From IMG/VR virus record IMGVR_UViG_3300005662_000026: a DNA stretch of 55,099 nt. One strand, given 5' to 3'. This DNA comes from an uncultured virus (IMG/VR IMGVR_UViG_3300005662_000026). Taxonomy: Duplodnaviria; Heunggongvirae; Uroviricota; Caudoviricetes. The translations under genes and the position numbers were made by a program. The notes below the pieces were generated by a model. That model did no database searches. It saw only the letters and a program-made list of their open reading frames with translations, and had not been told where the DNA came from. Below, piece by piece: positions 29,501-39,093 of the stretch. Numbering within the stretch: position 1 is the first letter of the stretch; every line of letters begins with the position of its first letter.

Positions 29501-32500
29501 AGTGCCCAATTAAAACTAGTCAGGAGTATCAAGATATTCTTAAAGAAGCTAATGGCAATGAAGAAAGAGCAAAAGAGCTCTGGGTTGAAAGAGGTTTTGA
29601 GGATAATGATGATTTAAATGAGTATGATATAGCTGATAAAGATTCACAAGAAGACCCAGAAGACAGTAGAGAGGATAAGTTATCCTCTTTAGTGGATAAA
29701 ATGCGTTTATATGTGAGTAAAGAAATCAAAATGATTGAGGGTAAAAAGTTCAAGAAACAAGAAAAAGTACTTGAAGAAAAGAAAAAATTACTTGATACAT
29801 TAAAAGCATTAGATGGTGTGGATTCTATTAACATGTTTGTTAAAGAAGCATTTAACAAATCAAAAAATGCATCACTAGCTTTTGAAGCAATATTACAAAA
29901 AGCAAGTACTGCAGATAGAAAAGAATTACTAGTTGAACTTGCTGCTATAAATGATTTTGCTAATGGTTACTCAATACTAGATGAGATAAGTAAACAAGAT
30001 GTTTATAATTATTTCTCATCTGAAGTAGATGAAAAAGATTCTGATTCAAATAAAACTGCTCAGGAGATGCTAACATATGCAATAACTGTAAAAAACAATA
30101 TTAAAAAGAAATATGTACAAGTTGGTATACCTTTAATGGCAGAATGGTTATTAGAGTACCAAGCAGAAGGTATAGAAGATAGAATACAACCACATATTGA
30201 GTCACTTAAACAAAGGTTAGCTACAGAGACAAAAGAAAAAGAAAAACTTAGAATACAGGAAGAGATAAATGTATGGACAAATTTTTCACTAGATAAAAAA
30301 TCTTTAGTAGAAATATTAACTAGAGCTACTAAAGATGAAGGTGTTATTGATTTTTTAATTAGTCCATTAATATCATCTAATGATGAGTCACTAGGTTTAT
30401 TTGCAGTTGCTGTAAAGACTGAAATGGAAATGGCTAGATTAGATGACATTAAAATTAAAAATATAGCAAGTGCAGAATTTGAAAAATATAAAACTACTGT
30501 ACCCGCAAGTCAAAATAATCCAGGTAAATTCAATGAAGGTATTTATGAGTTTTTAACTTTTACTAAAACTAAAAGTGATGGTACTGAAGAGACAATTAAA
30601 AAAGTAGCATTTGTACAGAAGCATGATATGAATAAATTCAATGCTGCTAAAAAACAAATGTATGCTTCACTTGCAGGAATGTCAGATGCACAACAAACTA
30701 AAACAAAAAATGAGTGGTACAGAAAAAATACTGTAGCTAAGACACAAGAAGAGATTGATAAAATATTTGCATCAAAACAAAAATTAAAAAATAAAGGTAT
30801 ACTTAGTCAAAATGACTATGAAGCATGGGTTGAAAGTGTACAAGTAACTAGTAAAGATGGTACTGTATATTATAAAGGTGAATTAAGTGAGCCATCAATA
30901 GATTATATAAACTCAAATTGGGAAGCATTATATGATAAGAATGATAAACCAAAAAATGCTAAAGGTGAATACCATCAATATTTAGTTAATCAGTATTTTG
31001 AAGCACAAGAAAAATTACCAGAGACTCAACAAAGAGGTTATCTACTTCCATCAATATATAAAACTGATTTTGAATATGCACAAACTAAAGGGATGAAAGC
31101 TTTAGTTAAACATAAGTTTAAAAGTGCTACATCTATTACTGCAGAAGATGTTGATTTTGGTATTGGTAGTTTATCAGAAGAAGGTGTTAAATTTTTACCA
31201 GTAGATTTTACAACTGATATGCCAGCAGAAGATGTTAGTTTAGATTTAGTAAGATCAGTATTAATGTTTAGTGCTATGTCTAATAGATATGAAGCATTAA
31301 ATAGAATTGGTAATGAAATAAACTTATTTAAAACTATTATTGGTGAAAGAGAAGTAATTGCTAATACATCAACTGGTAAACCTATTAGAGATGCTTTTGC
31401 TAAAAAAATAGGCTTTGATGAGTTCTTAAGAAAGAATGGTGAGAGTTATTCTAAAAAACATGTTGATGCATTTATTGACATGGTTGTATATAATGAAATG
31501 CAAAAAGCAGAAGAATTATTTGGTTTTTCTGCAGCAAAAATTACTAATACAATTACTGGATTCTCAGCTGTTACAACAATTGCAGCTGATGTATTAAAAG
31601 GTGTTGCTAATAACTTACAAGGTAATATACAATTAATTATTGAAGCTAGCTCAGGTGAATTCTTTTCTTCAAAAAATTATTTTAAAGGTAAAAAAGAATT
31701 TGCTGCAGTAGTTCCAAATATATTAGCAGACTTTGGTAAGTCAACACCAGAATCATTAACTGGTAAGTTAATAGAGGAATATGATCCAATGCAAGGTAAC
31801 TTTAAAGATGAATATGGTAAAAATGTATCTCAGACTGCTGCTAGAAAGTTAATGAGATCTAATACATTATTCTTTAACCAGCATTGGGGTGAGTATGAAA
31901 TACAAGTATCTGCAATGTTTGCATTAATGGATGCTACAAAAGTAAAAGATAATGCAACAGGTGAAGAAATAACTTTACATGAAGCTTATAAAAAATATGG
32001 TACTGATGGTATATTTGATAATACTGACTTTACATCTAAGAAAAGATTTGGCTTTCAAAATAAACTACATGCATTAAGTAAAAGATTACATGGTGTATAT
32101 AATGATTTTGATAAAGCTACAGTACAAAGATTTTCATTAGGTAGATTAGCTTTAATGTATAAAAAACATTTAGTACCTGGTTATAAAAGAAGATTTAAAA
32201 AAGTATCTATGGATCAAGAACTTGGTAGTCCAACAGAAGGTTACTATAGAACTTTTGCTTCAACTATGCTAAGAGATATTAAAAATATGAAATTTAATGT
32301 TGTAAAAAACTGGTCAACATATTCTACATTTGAAAAAGCACAGATAACAAGAACATTAACTGAGTTGTCAATTATACTTACATTAGCTGGTCTTGCTGCT
32401 ATATTAGCTTATGCATTTAGTGGAGATGATCCTGATGATGAAGCAATAAGAAAATCTTATGCATATAATTTTATAATGTATGAGTTAGTTAGAATGCGTA

Positions 32501-32766
32501 GTGAAACAGCAAGTTATATAAATCCTGGAGATGCAATGCGTGTAATAAAATCACCATCTGCTGTAACAGGTACACTAGAAAGAATAGTACGTGTAATTGC
32601 TCAAATAATGCCATGGAATATAACTGAAGAGTATAAAAGAGATACTGGTATATGGGAAAAAGGAGATAATAAAGCTTGGGCTTATTTCTTAAAACTAATG
32701 GGTTATTCAGGAAATAACATTGCTCCAGAAGAAGCAGTTAAAGGATTTGAAAGTTTATTAAGATAA
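29494..32766 (+). CDS. Large virion ejection protein with C-terminal hydrophobic helix
   Basis: 1090 aa, overlaps the RNAP stop by 7 nt; helical; LSIILTLAGLAAILAYAF is a putative TM segment; single Cys at residue 4. Confidence 0.7.
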   Translation: MLKCPIKTSQEYQDILKEANGNEERAKELWVERGFEDNDDLNEYDIADKDSQEDPEDSREDKLSSLVDKMRLYVSKEIKMIEGKKFKKQEKVLEEKKKLLDTLKALDGVDSINMFVKEAFNKSKNASLAFEAILQKASTADRKELLVELAAINDFANGYSILDEISKQDVYNYFSSEVDEKDSDSNKTAQEMLTYAITVKNNIKKKYVQVGIPLMAEWLLEYQAEGIEDRIQPHIESLKQRLATETKEKEKLRIQEEINVWTNFSLDKKSLVEILTRATKDEGVIDFLISPLISSNDESLGLFAVAVKTEMEMARLDDIKIKNIASAEFEKYKTTVPASQNNPGKFNEGIYEFLTFTKTKSDGTEETIKKVAFVQKHDMNKFNAAKKQMYASLAGMSDAQQTKTKNEWYRKNTVAKTQEEIDKIFASKQKLKNKGILSQNDYEAWVESVQVTSKDGTVYYKGELSEPSIDYINSNWEALYDKNDKPKNAKGEYHQYLVNQYFEAQEKLPETQQRGYLLPSIYKTDFEYAQTKGMKALVKHKFKSATSITAEDVDFGIGSLSEEGVKFLPVDFTTDMPAEDVSLDLVRSVLMFSAMSNRYEALNRIGNEINLFKTIIGEREVIANTSTGKPIRDAFAKKIGFDEFLRKNGESYSKKHVDAFIDMVVYNEMQKAEELFGFSAAKITNTITGFSAVTTIAADVLKGVANNLQGNIQLIIEASSGEFFSSKNYFKGKKEFAAVVPNILADFGKSTPESLTGKLIEEYDPMQGNFKDEYGKNVSQTAARKLMRSNTLFFNQHWGEYEIQVSAMFALMDATKVKDNATGEEITLHEAYKKYGTDGIFDNTDFTSKKRFGFQNKLHALSKRLHGVYNDFDKATVQRFSLGRLALMYKKHLVPGYKRRFKKVSMDQELGSPTEGYYRTFASTMLRDIKNMKFNVVKNWSTYSTFEKAQITRTLTELSIILTLAGLAAILAYAFSGDDPDDEAIRKSYAYNFIMYELVRMRSETASYINPGDAMRVIKSPSAVTGTLERIVRVIAQIMPWNITEEYKRDTGIWEKGDNKAWAYFLKLMGYSGNNIAPEEAVKGFESLLR

Positions 32767-32772
32767 AATACA

Positions 32773-32907
32773 ATGGCAAAGAAAGTAACAGGAAGCGCAG
32801 TAGCTTCAGTAAAAGTATCTAGACCAGGTGTTCATGGTAAAACTAAAACATCTAAACTTAAAAGTTCAAAACTATATACAAAGAAATATAGAGGTCAAGG
32901 GAAGTAG
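32773..32907 (+). CDS. Small highly basic protein ending KKYRGQGK (missed by ORF track)
   Basis: 44 aa MAKKVTGSAV...KLYTKKYRGQGK, ATG 6 nt after the previous stop, no acidic residues; YRGQG C-terminus is a motif I recall from small phage proteins. Confidence 0.75.
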   Translation: MAKKVTGSAVASVKVSRPGVHGKTKTSKLKSSKLYTKKYRGQGK

Positions 32908-32950
32908 AAAAAAAAAGGGAGAACCGTAATTGGCTCTCCCTTATTTATTT
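32908..32950. terminator. Bidirectional rho-independent terminator between convergent gene blocks
   Basis: A-run, AAGGGAGA...TCTCCCTT stem (32915-32942), T-rich tail; lies exactly at the strand switch. Confidence 0.8.
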
Positions 32951-33100
32951 TAAATCTTTAATGTTTACATCTTCTAAATCTGTAATGTTTACTTTAAATA
33001 AACCTATAGGTTTACTTTTTGTATAACTTACAAGTGCATACTCTTTATATTCTGATACACTTTTAATGTAAACTGTCTTATTATTATATTTTGCTTTCAT
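32945..33100 (-). CDS. Hypothetical protein, 51 aa (missed by ORF track)
   Basis: MKAKYNNKTVYIKSVSEY...DVNIKDLK; ATG overlaps the upstream gene's TGA (ATGA); fills the gap to the terminator. Confidence 0.6.
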   Translation of the reverse strand: MKAKYNNKTVYIKSVSEYKEYALVSYTKSKPIGLFKVNITDLEDVNIKDLK

Positions 33101-33312
33101 TCTATTGACACATTATATTCTGAAAAATACTCACGTAACTTATTCCTTAACTCTTCAGCAACTTCTACTGCTTCTTCATTTTCACCATACTTAACAATGT
33201 TTCTAAGATGCTGATCCATATCCCATAGTATGAGTTTGAATTTATTACCATTAATAGCATTGCTTAAATCAAGTTCATCTTCAGGTAAGTTAAACTCTAG
33301 TATGGCTTTCAT
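33097..33312 (-). CDS. Hypothetical phage protein
   Basis: 71-aa ORF MKAILEFNLPED..., translationally coupled on both sides. Confidence 0.7.
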   Translation of the reverse strand: MKAILEFNLPEDELDLSNAINGNKFKLILWDMDQHLRNIVKYGENEEAVEVAEELRNKLREYFSEYNVSIE

Positions 33313-33710
33313 TACTTAATAAATTGTTTAAGATTTGGTTTAAAGTAACCTTCACCTTTAAGAATTTTACCATCCTCACGTAAAATAGGTTTACCATCTG
33401 GGCCCAATTTACTCATATTAGACCTGTGAATCTCATCAAACACATCTTCTATAATATGTTGCATTCCATGTTTCAATATGGTACCGCACAGAATATATAA
33501 CTGATCACCTAATGCATCAGCAATCTCAGTTAATCTTTCTTCAGTATATAGACCATCTTTTAATGATGCTTCTAAATACTCATCATTCTCTTCAGCCATT
33601 AACTTATGTCTTAACTGAACTTCTTCATGAGTAATCAATGCTGGCTCAGTACCATTTATTTGTTGAAATCCCTCATGGAAATCTTTTACAGATTGTAATT
33701 GCTTTTGCAT
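33312..33710 (-). CDS. MazG-like / PRA-PH family all-alpha NTP pyrophosphohydrolase
   Basis: EE..E, EIADALGDQLY, EIHRSNMSK, REDGKILKG motifs. Start moved to MQKQ (33710) because the longer track call runs through a terminator. Confidence 0.85.
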   Translation of the reverse strand: MQKQLQSVKDFHEGFQQINGTEPALITHEEVQLRHKLMAEENDEYLEASLKDGLYTEERLTEIADALGDQLYILCGTILKHGMQHIIEDVFDEIHRSNMSKLGPDGKPILREDGKILKGEGYFKPNLKQFIK

Positions 33711-33733
33711 AATTTTTATTTTAGACAAAGGTA

Positions 33734-33762
33734 AAAAAAAGGGACACATTTCTGCATCCCTT
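33734..33762 (-). terminator. Rho-independent terminator, immediately followed by a TACCTTTG (-7-like) box at 33726-33733
   Basis: AAGGGA...TCCCTT stem with a U-tract on the minus strand, downstream of the 33807 gene. Confidence 0.55.
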
Positions 33763-33806
33763 GATTGATATATTTGTTTAACTATACTCCCTTGGAGCAA
33801 GTGCTT

Positions 33807-35051
33807 TTATAGGAAGAATTCACCTCCCAAATCATTTTTTGGTTCATCATCAAAGTTAAAGTCAAAGTCATCAACTACCTTAGTTTCAGTAGGTTTAACC
33901 TCTTCTGCTTTTTCCTCATTAGGTATTCTAATAAGAATATCATCCAAAGATAACTTTTCTGGTTCAACTTTAGGTTCTTCTTCAATAAAAGTTACTCTAG
34001 CAAGATACGCATCATCAGGTTCACCATCAATTGTAATATCATCAAATATCACTGGTTCTTCAAAAACATCATCATTAGGTTCTACTGTTCTTATTTTATC
34101 CTGAGTTTCAACAACAGGTGCCTCAAATGTATTACCTGCAGGATCTTCATAAATAATTACTTCATCTTCAACCCATGTTGTTTCTGGTTCTATTTCAAAC
34201 TCATCTTCTAAAGATATTGATGGTTCTTCTGTAAACTCAGCTATTTGATTTAACAAGTTTGTCTGATTCTCAGGTTGTCCATAATTTAATAATAATGGAT
34301 CCACAATAACATCTTCTTCAACATCAGTATAGTTCACCAAGTCAAATTCCATAGCAATAAACCAATGTAATCTTCTTTGATCATCCATCCAGTCTTTAGG
34401 ATGTGCTTTCTTCAATGCATAAGTAACATGGTTATAGAATGCCCATAATGAATTAAAGTCACAGTTATAATCATAACTTGGCTTTTCCATTTGATTCTTA
34501 ACTACAGATATTTGCTCATTAGTAAGTATTTCATACTCAGCATATAAGATACCTAATAACTCAGCTTGCTTTCTTTCAGTTAACATGATCTTTTTCATCT
34601 TGTCTTTATCTGATACAATCTGATCAAAGTACTCATCTGCATTACTGATCTGTTCAATAATAGTTTTAATAGTATCAGTATCTGCACTACCTAAGTGTTT
34701 TCTACTATAAGCACCCATATCACCGGCAACTACACCATTCATACATATGAATACATAACCACCAATAGCACATTTAAACCTCATTTGTTTATTGTAACTA
34801 TTAGACCAGGCAAACATCATACCTACTTCAGGATCTTTAGTATAGTTAAGGTAATATATACCTTGAGCAATTGACCCATCTGAGTTTGCTCTATATTTCT
34901 CATCTGCAACAGTGAACCCGTGTAGAGCTAATTGCTCTAACGTGTTACTAATTACAAATTCATGTGATATTACAGTATATGTATCAGCATGATTAGGTAA
35001 TGGAATAGTTCCTAAATATTCTCTTGTACAATTTTGTGTTCTCACTCCCAT
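33807..35051 (-). CDS. DUF932/DUF945-like protein with long acidic C-terminal tail
   Basis: Y..ISH, NSYN....F...IG..VFICMNG, SLWAFYN..T motifs; the last ~170 aa are D/E-rich. Confidence 0.65.
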   Translation of the reverse strand: MGVRTQNCTREYLGTIPLPNHADTYTVISHEFVISNTLEQLALHGFTVADEKYRANSDGSIAQGIYYLNYTKDPEVGMMFAWSNSYNKQMRFKCAIGGYVFICMNGVVAGDMGAYSRKHLGSADTDTIKTIIEQISNADEYFDQIVSDKDKMKKIMLTERKQAELLGILYAEYEILTNEQISVVKNQMEKPSYDYNCDFNSLWAFYNHVTYALKKAHPKDWMDDQRRLHWFIAMEFDLVNYTDVEEDVIVDPLLLNYGQPENQTNLLNQIAEFTEEPSISLEDEFEIEPETTWVEDEVIIYEDPAGNTFEAPVVETQDKIRTVEPNDDVFEEPVIFDDITIDGEPDDAYLARVTFIEEEPKVEPEKLSLDDILIRIPNEEKAEEVKPTETKVVDDFDFNFDDEPKNDLGGEFFL

Positions 35052-35052
35052 T

Positions 35053-37047
35053 TTAAAATAAACTTAATTGATTAATAACCGGTTCTAACTGTCTCACCTC
35101 TTTGTATATCTTCTCCAGATAATACTTAGGGTTAATTTTATACTCAGCAAAAGGCTTCTCTACATAATTGATAAATGGAGTCTGCATCCACTTACCGCTT
35201 TCAATTTGTATTTGTCTACCATCTGAGTTATTCTTTTTAACTATCTTACTGCCACTTTCTGATATATAATATCTTATAGTATGTTGTAATTGTGTTGAAC
35301 TATAATCACCATTGACTACCTTTTCTTCTACAAATTCCCAGTCACCTTTTATCTTAACTCCACCACAATAATCAAAGATATTTGTCTGAGTTAATAGATA
35401 TTCTTCTGGTGCTATACCATGTACAAAATAATAATAGATAGCTTTTGGGATAATTAAAAAGCTTTTGTTTTTGTGTAAGGCCAGATTATTAAACTCAAAT
35501 CTACCTTTGCATTTAGTTGCAGCAAAATAAAACTTACCATCTTCTTCTTTAAATAGATAATGTGGGTTTTCTTGCTTCACTTCATTATATTTATCTTCAT
35601 CAACAAGTTTGTAATCATGTATGGCTATGTAGTTATTTACATCACCTATAATCATTTTACTATATGTATCATGCTCTAGTTGAAGATTAGTTATCTTCTC
35701 CCATCTTTCACAGATATCCATATATCTATCTTGATACTCTCTTGGTATAATAGTTTCTAGACCATCTGTATTCTGCATCAAGGGCACAGCATTAGGAATC
35801 TCTTCAATGATCATCTCATACAACATGCATAAGCTCAACTGACCATTAATAGTAATCCTCATAGTAAACTCAGGATCATATAGAAAACTATTAGCATCAT
35901 TACTTAATCCATAAGTTGAATTAAGAATAATCTTATACACATAATTTCTTACATCTTTCTTGCTTATCTTTTTTCTTTCATCAAAGAACCATTCATATAG
36001 CTCACAAAATTCTACTTTAGGTAAATGTGCTGGGGCCCATTTATTTCTAATAGCAAGATTAGGATAATAACTTACAACATCTGATGTCATAATTATCATA
36101 TCTTCATTAGATTTATAAATACCACCTGTTCTAGCACCATGAATACCACCTAAACCAAAATCAGTCTTTACACCTTTATAGTTTATAGAATATTTGAAAC
36201 CACCTTTTGTGTGTTCTGGATATACAACAATCTCATTAAATTTTGCTAACAATTTCTGAAATGTAGCAGATTTAAAATTCACATACTCAAGTATAATATC
36301 TTTAACTTGAATACTATTTCTTTTAGTTCTTAACTGTCTCAGTTCATATTTCTTTATACCGGTACTTTCACTCAAGAAATGTAAGAATAACTCTTTACTA
36401 ATTCTTGGCTCAGATGCACTGAATAAAGGAATATTATACTCTTCAGTTAATGTTTTTCTCAATGCAATTTGATTCTTACTAAGCTGCATTATCTTCTTAG
36501 TAGACACAACATCATTAATACAATAACCAATTATCATATCTATCTGATCATATGTTGTGATTTCAGTAGTGTGATGTAGAGGCATGTCCTGGATACTATC
36601 CCAATCCATACTATACTGAATCCATTTTAAACTTGATCTTTTAGCAGGATTATCCCAATGATTTAATTTAAACACATCAATTTGTTTAATACTCATGGTT
36701 TTCTCATAAAAGTCAAGAAACTCACCGGATCCTTGTTTATTGATAACATATTGAGCTTTACCATATATCCATTCAGCAATCTCACATCCACTCATATAAG
36801 AAAGACTTTCAGCATTCTGAATGATATACTCACTTATCTGACCATCAAAGCCTAAACCATTAAAAGATACATGCCATTCACCATGTAATACATTTCTCTT
36901 CAAGAATTCAATATAGTCATCAAAGTCATTCTGTAAGTCATGTACTACAAATACTTTTGTATCATCTGACTTAACATCTTGAAACACAGCAATAAAGCAA
37001 TTGCTCAATGTTTCATAATCCATTACCCAATTCTGTTTCATAATCAT
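35053..37047 (-). CDS. polB: Family B DNA polymerase
   Basis: ExoI DYET, ExoII FNGLGFD, ExoIII YCINDV, motif A SDVVSYYPN, motif B KIILNSTYG, motif C NTDG. Confidence 0.93.
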   Translation of the reverse strand: MIMKQNWVMDYETLSNCFIAVFQDVKSDDTKVFVVHDLQNDFDDYIEFLKRNVLHGEWHVSFNGLGFDGQISEYIIQNAESLSYMSGCEIAEWIYGKAQYVINKQGSGEFLDFYEKTMSIKQIDVFKLNHWDNPAKRSSLKWIQYSMDWDSIQDMPLHHTTEITTYDQIDMIIGYCINDVVSTKKIMQLSKNQIALRKTLTEEYNIPLFSASEPRISKELFLHFLSESTGIKKYELRQLRTKRNSIQVKDIILEYVNFKSATFQKLLAKFNEIVVYPEHTKGGFKYSINYKGVKTDFGLGGIHGARTGGIYKSNEDMIIMTSDVVSYYPNLAIRNKWAPAHLPKVEFCELYEWFFDERKKISKKDVRNYVYKIILNSTYGLSNDANSFLYDPEFTMRITINGQLSLCMLYEMIIEEIPNAVPLMQNTDGLETIIPREYQDRYMDICERWEKITNLQLEHDTYSKMIIGDVNNYIAIHDYKLVDEDKYNEVKQENPHYLFKEEDGKFYFAATKCKGRFEFNNLALHKNKSFLIIPKAIYYYFVHGIAPEEYLLTQTNIFDYCGGVKIKGDWEFVEEKVVNGDYSSTQLQHTIRYYISESGSKIVKKNNSDGRQIQIESGKWMQTPFINYVEKPFAEYKINPKYYLEKIYKEVRQLEPVINQLSLF

Positions 37048-37078
37048 TATTCAGTTAAGCTGTTTCCCCTTTTTAGTT

Positions 37079-37117
37079 AAAAAAGCACAGAGCATCATTA
37101 GTGACACTCTGTGACTT
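37079..37117 (-). terminator. Putative rho-independent terminator
   Basis: CACAGAG(37086-92)/CTCTGTG(37107-13) stem with a U-tract on the minus strand. Confidence 0.5.
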
Positions 37118-37128
37118 TCCATCATAGT

Positions 37129-37515
37129 TTACTTTGCAGGTTTAACTTCTTGATTTAAAATAGGTTCAAAATCAAATTCTTCTGCATTGATACCTAAATA
37201 GATTACTAAATCTTTAATGTCTAGTTTATTATCTAAGTAGTACTCTTGAAATGTTTCACTTGATACTCTTTCTTCTTTTACATTTCTACCATTAGGTCTT
37301 AATGCTGCAGTACCCATTGGGTCACCATTATCATCTAACTTAGGTAACATGTGTAAAGTAGTCTTAGTAACTTTACCAATAATAACAAATAACCCAGATG
37401 TTACATCATAAATACACTCTACATAAGGTGAATCATTAGATACTGGAATTAATCTAAAAGTGTTGTGACCATTCCATTCTGAACTGATCAATGTCATTGT
37501 GTGTTGTCCTGTCAT
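37129..37515 (-). CDS. Hypothetical protein
   Basis: 128-aa ORF in a tightly packed operon. Confidence 0.7.
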   Translation of the reverse strand: MTGQHTMTLISSEWNGHNTFRLIPVSNDSPYVECIYDVTSGLFVIIGKVTKTTLHMLPKLDDNGDPMGTAALRPNGRNVKEERVSSETFQEYYLDNKLDIKDLVIYLGINAEEFDFEPILNQEVKPAK

Positions 37516-37518
37516 AAT

Positions 37519-38076
37519 TTATATTTTATTTTGTAGCTCATTTATAGTTACCATTAATATTTCTTTTTCCATGTCTGGTTTAGTACATAATTCCCCTACA
37601 CTTTTTAGTACTTCTTCATTTACTCCTAGCAACTCAGAGTAAATATTAAAATACTTTTCAGGAAACAAGAAACTATCCATATACATGTAATTACTACCAT
37701 TCTTATCAAAATGGTCTCTTATTTTGCGCTTTAAGGTTGTATTCATTTTGCTATACCTGCCGTTAATTAAGTGCATCCAATCTTCTGCTATATCAGAAAA
37801 ATCAAATGTATATAATACTTCATTGTCATTCAGTTTAACAAAATCACTCAGTCTATTATGTTTCAGTAATACATTCTTTTCAAAGTTAACATACTCTGCA
37901 TCTGTTCTTTCATGATACACAGCAACCAGTTTCATATCCTCGGGTATTACATAGTCATTCCAGCCAAAATAAGTTTGAACTGGAGTGACACTTTGACCCT
38001 TTTTAATACCTAAGAGCGGATAGACAAATATCTTAGATTTTTGAAAATAATTTCTATAAAGCGCATTAATACTCAT
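37519..38076 (-). CDS. Hypothetical protein
   Basis: 185-aa ORF in a tightly packed operon. Confidence 0.7.
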   Translation of the reverse strand: MSINALYRNYFQKSKIFVYPLLGIKKGQSVTPVQTYFGWNDYVIPEDMKLVAVYHERTDAEYVNFEKNVLLKHNRLSDFVKLNDNEVLYTFDFSDIAEDWMHLINGRYSKMNTTLKRKIRDHFDKNGSNYMYMDSFLFPEKYFNIYSELLGVNEEVLKSVGELCTKPDMEKEILMVTINELQNKI

Positions 38077-38082
38077 AACAGT

Positions 38083-39093
38083 TTACAATTTTACATTTTT
38101 TGTTGCTAAATCATATGGCAAAGTAAAATCTTTATTGTTATAATGATACTCAATCACATTAAGTATCTCTTTAAAGTCTTCTTCCCATACCTTTAATGTT
38201 TCACTAGATACTTGAAATGGATATATTAAATTATTTCTATCAATCACTATAAAAGTAATAACAATATTCCATTCAGCCCAGTCTGGTAAATCTTTAAGAT
38301 ATTTACCTAAACTCAATTGTTTATACATGACGGCCTGTATCCAATATTTGTAATATTGTACTGAGTCTGGGAAATCTTGAATAGCTTTACCAGTAGTTTT
38401 CAAGTCATTAATAAATAAGGTTTTAGTATTATAGTCCATGACTACATTATCTAATATACCTTTAAAGCCAAACTTATACTTACTTGACCTTAATTGTACA
38501 CCTTCTTCATTAAACACTTTAATTTTTTCATCTTTTTCTTTGTCCAGTTGCATTAAATCTCTTACAACTTCATGGTTTTTCAACAATTCAGCAGATTCTT
38601 TTGCTGTATCAAGTGTTGCCTGATCAACAATAGTCTTGTTTTGTTTTACTTTTAAAAACTCAAAGTACTGTGAATTCTGTTCAGTAACCATTTTTGCAAT
38701 TCTACTTTCATCAGTTTTAAGTGATTGATGCAAATTGATACCTGCTAATACACTAATAATTGTTTCTGGGAAATCAGCCAATGTTAAATCAGTATCAGGT
38801 TGTGATTGATAAACCTTAAATACTTCATCTACCAACAACTTATTGTTGTCTTTTGGTAGATTACTAGGTATTACAATAAATTCTTCATCAAATTTTTCTG
38901 GTTCAAGTATCAGACAATGTAGTACCTTACCAGCTACTAAATGTGCATCCACCATATCTTCTCTTTGATTTAAGATATAGTGCTTATAAAAAGCAGATGG
39001 TGAATATAATAATTTATTTATACTTGAGTAACTAAAATAAAAGTCACTTTTATAAAATTGTTCTAACTCTTCACTATAAGAAATAGCCATCAT
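38083..39093 (-). CDS. PD-(D/E)xK exonuclease (RecE/exonuclease VIII, DUF3799-like)
   Basis: FSYSSI...SP, GKVLHCLILEP, KGILD, INDLKTT, YWIQAVMY. Confidence 0.85.
   Translation of the reverse strand: MMAISYSEELEQFYKSDFYFSYSSINKLLYSPSAFYKHYILNQREDMVDAHLVAGKVLHCLILEPEKFDEEFIVIPSNLPKDNNKLLVDEVFKVYQSQPDTDLTLADFPETIISVLAGINLHQSLKTDESRIAKMVTEQNSQYFEFLKVKQNKTIVDQATLDTAKESAELLKNHEVVRDLMQLDKEKDEKIKVFNEEGVQLRSSKYKFGFKGILDNVVMDYNTKTLFINDLKTTGKAIQDFPDSVQYYKYWIQAVMYKQLSLGKYLKDLPDWAEWNIVITFIVIDRNNLIYPFQVSSETLKVWEEDFKEILNVIEYHYNNKDFTLPYDLATKNVKL

Noticed and set aside
1230..30449. Numerous 60-130 aa antisense or alternative-frame ORFs inside the giant genes
   Set aside because: S/L/F/I-rich shadow translations of strongly biased coding strands, with no motifs or independent signals.
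33711..33800. N-terminal 30-aa extension of the MazG-like ORF
   Set aside because: It spans a terminator hairpin and promoter-like box; the family-like sequence begins at MQKQ.
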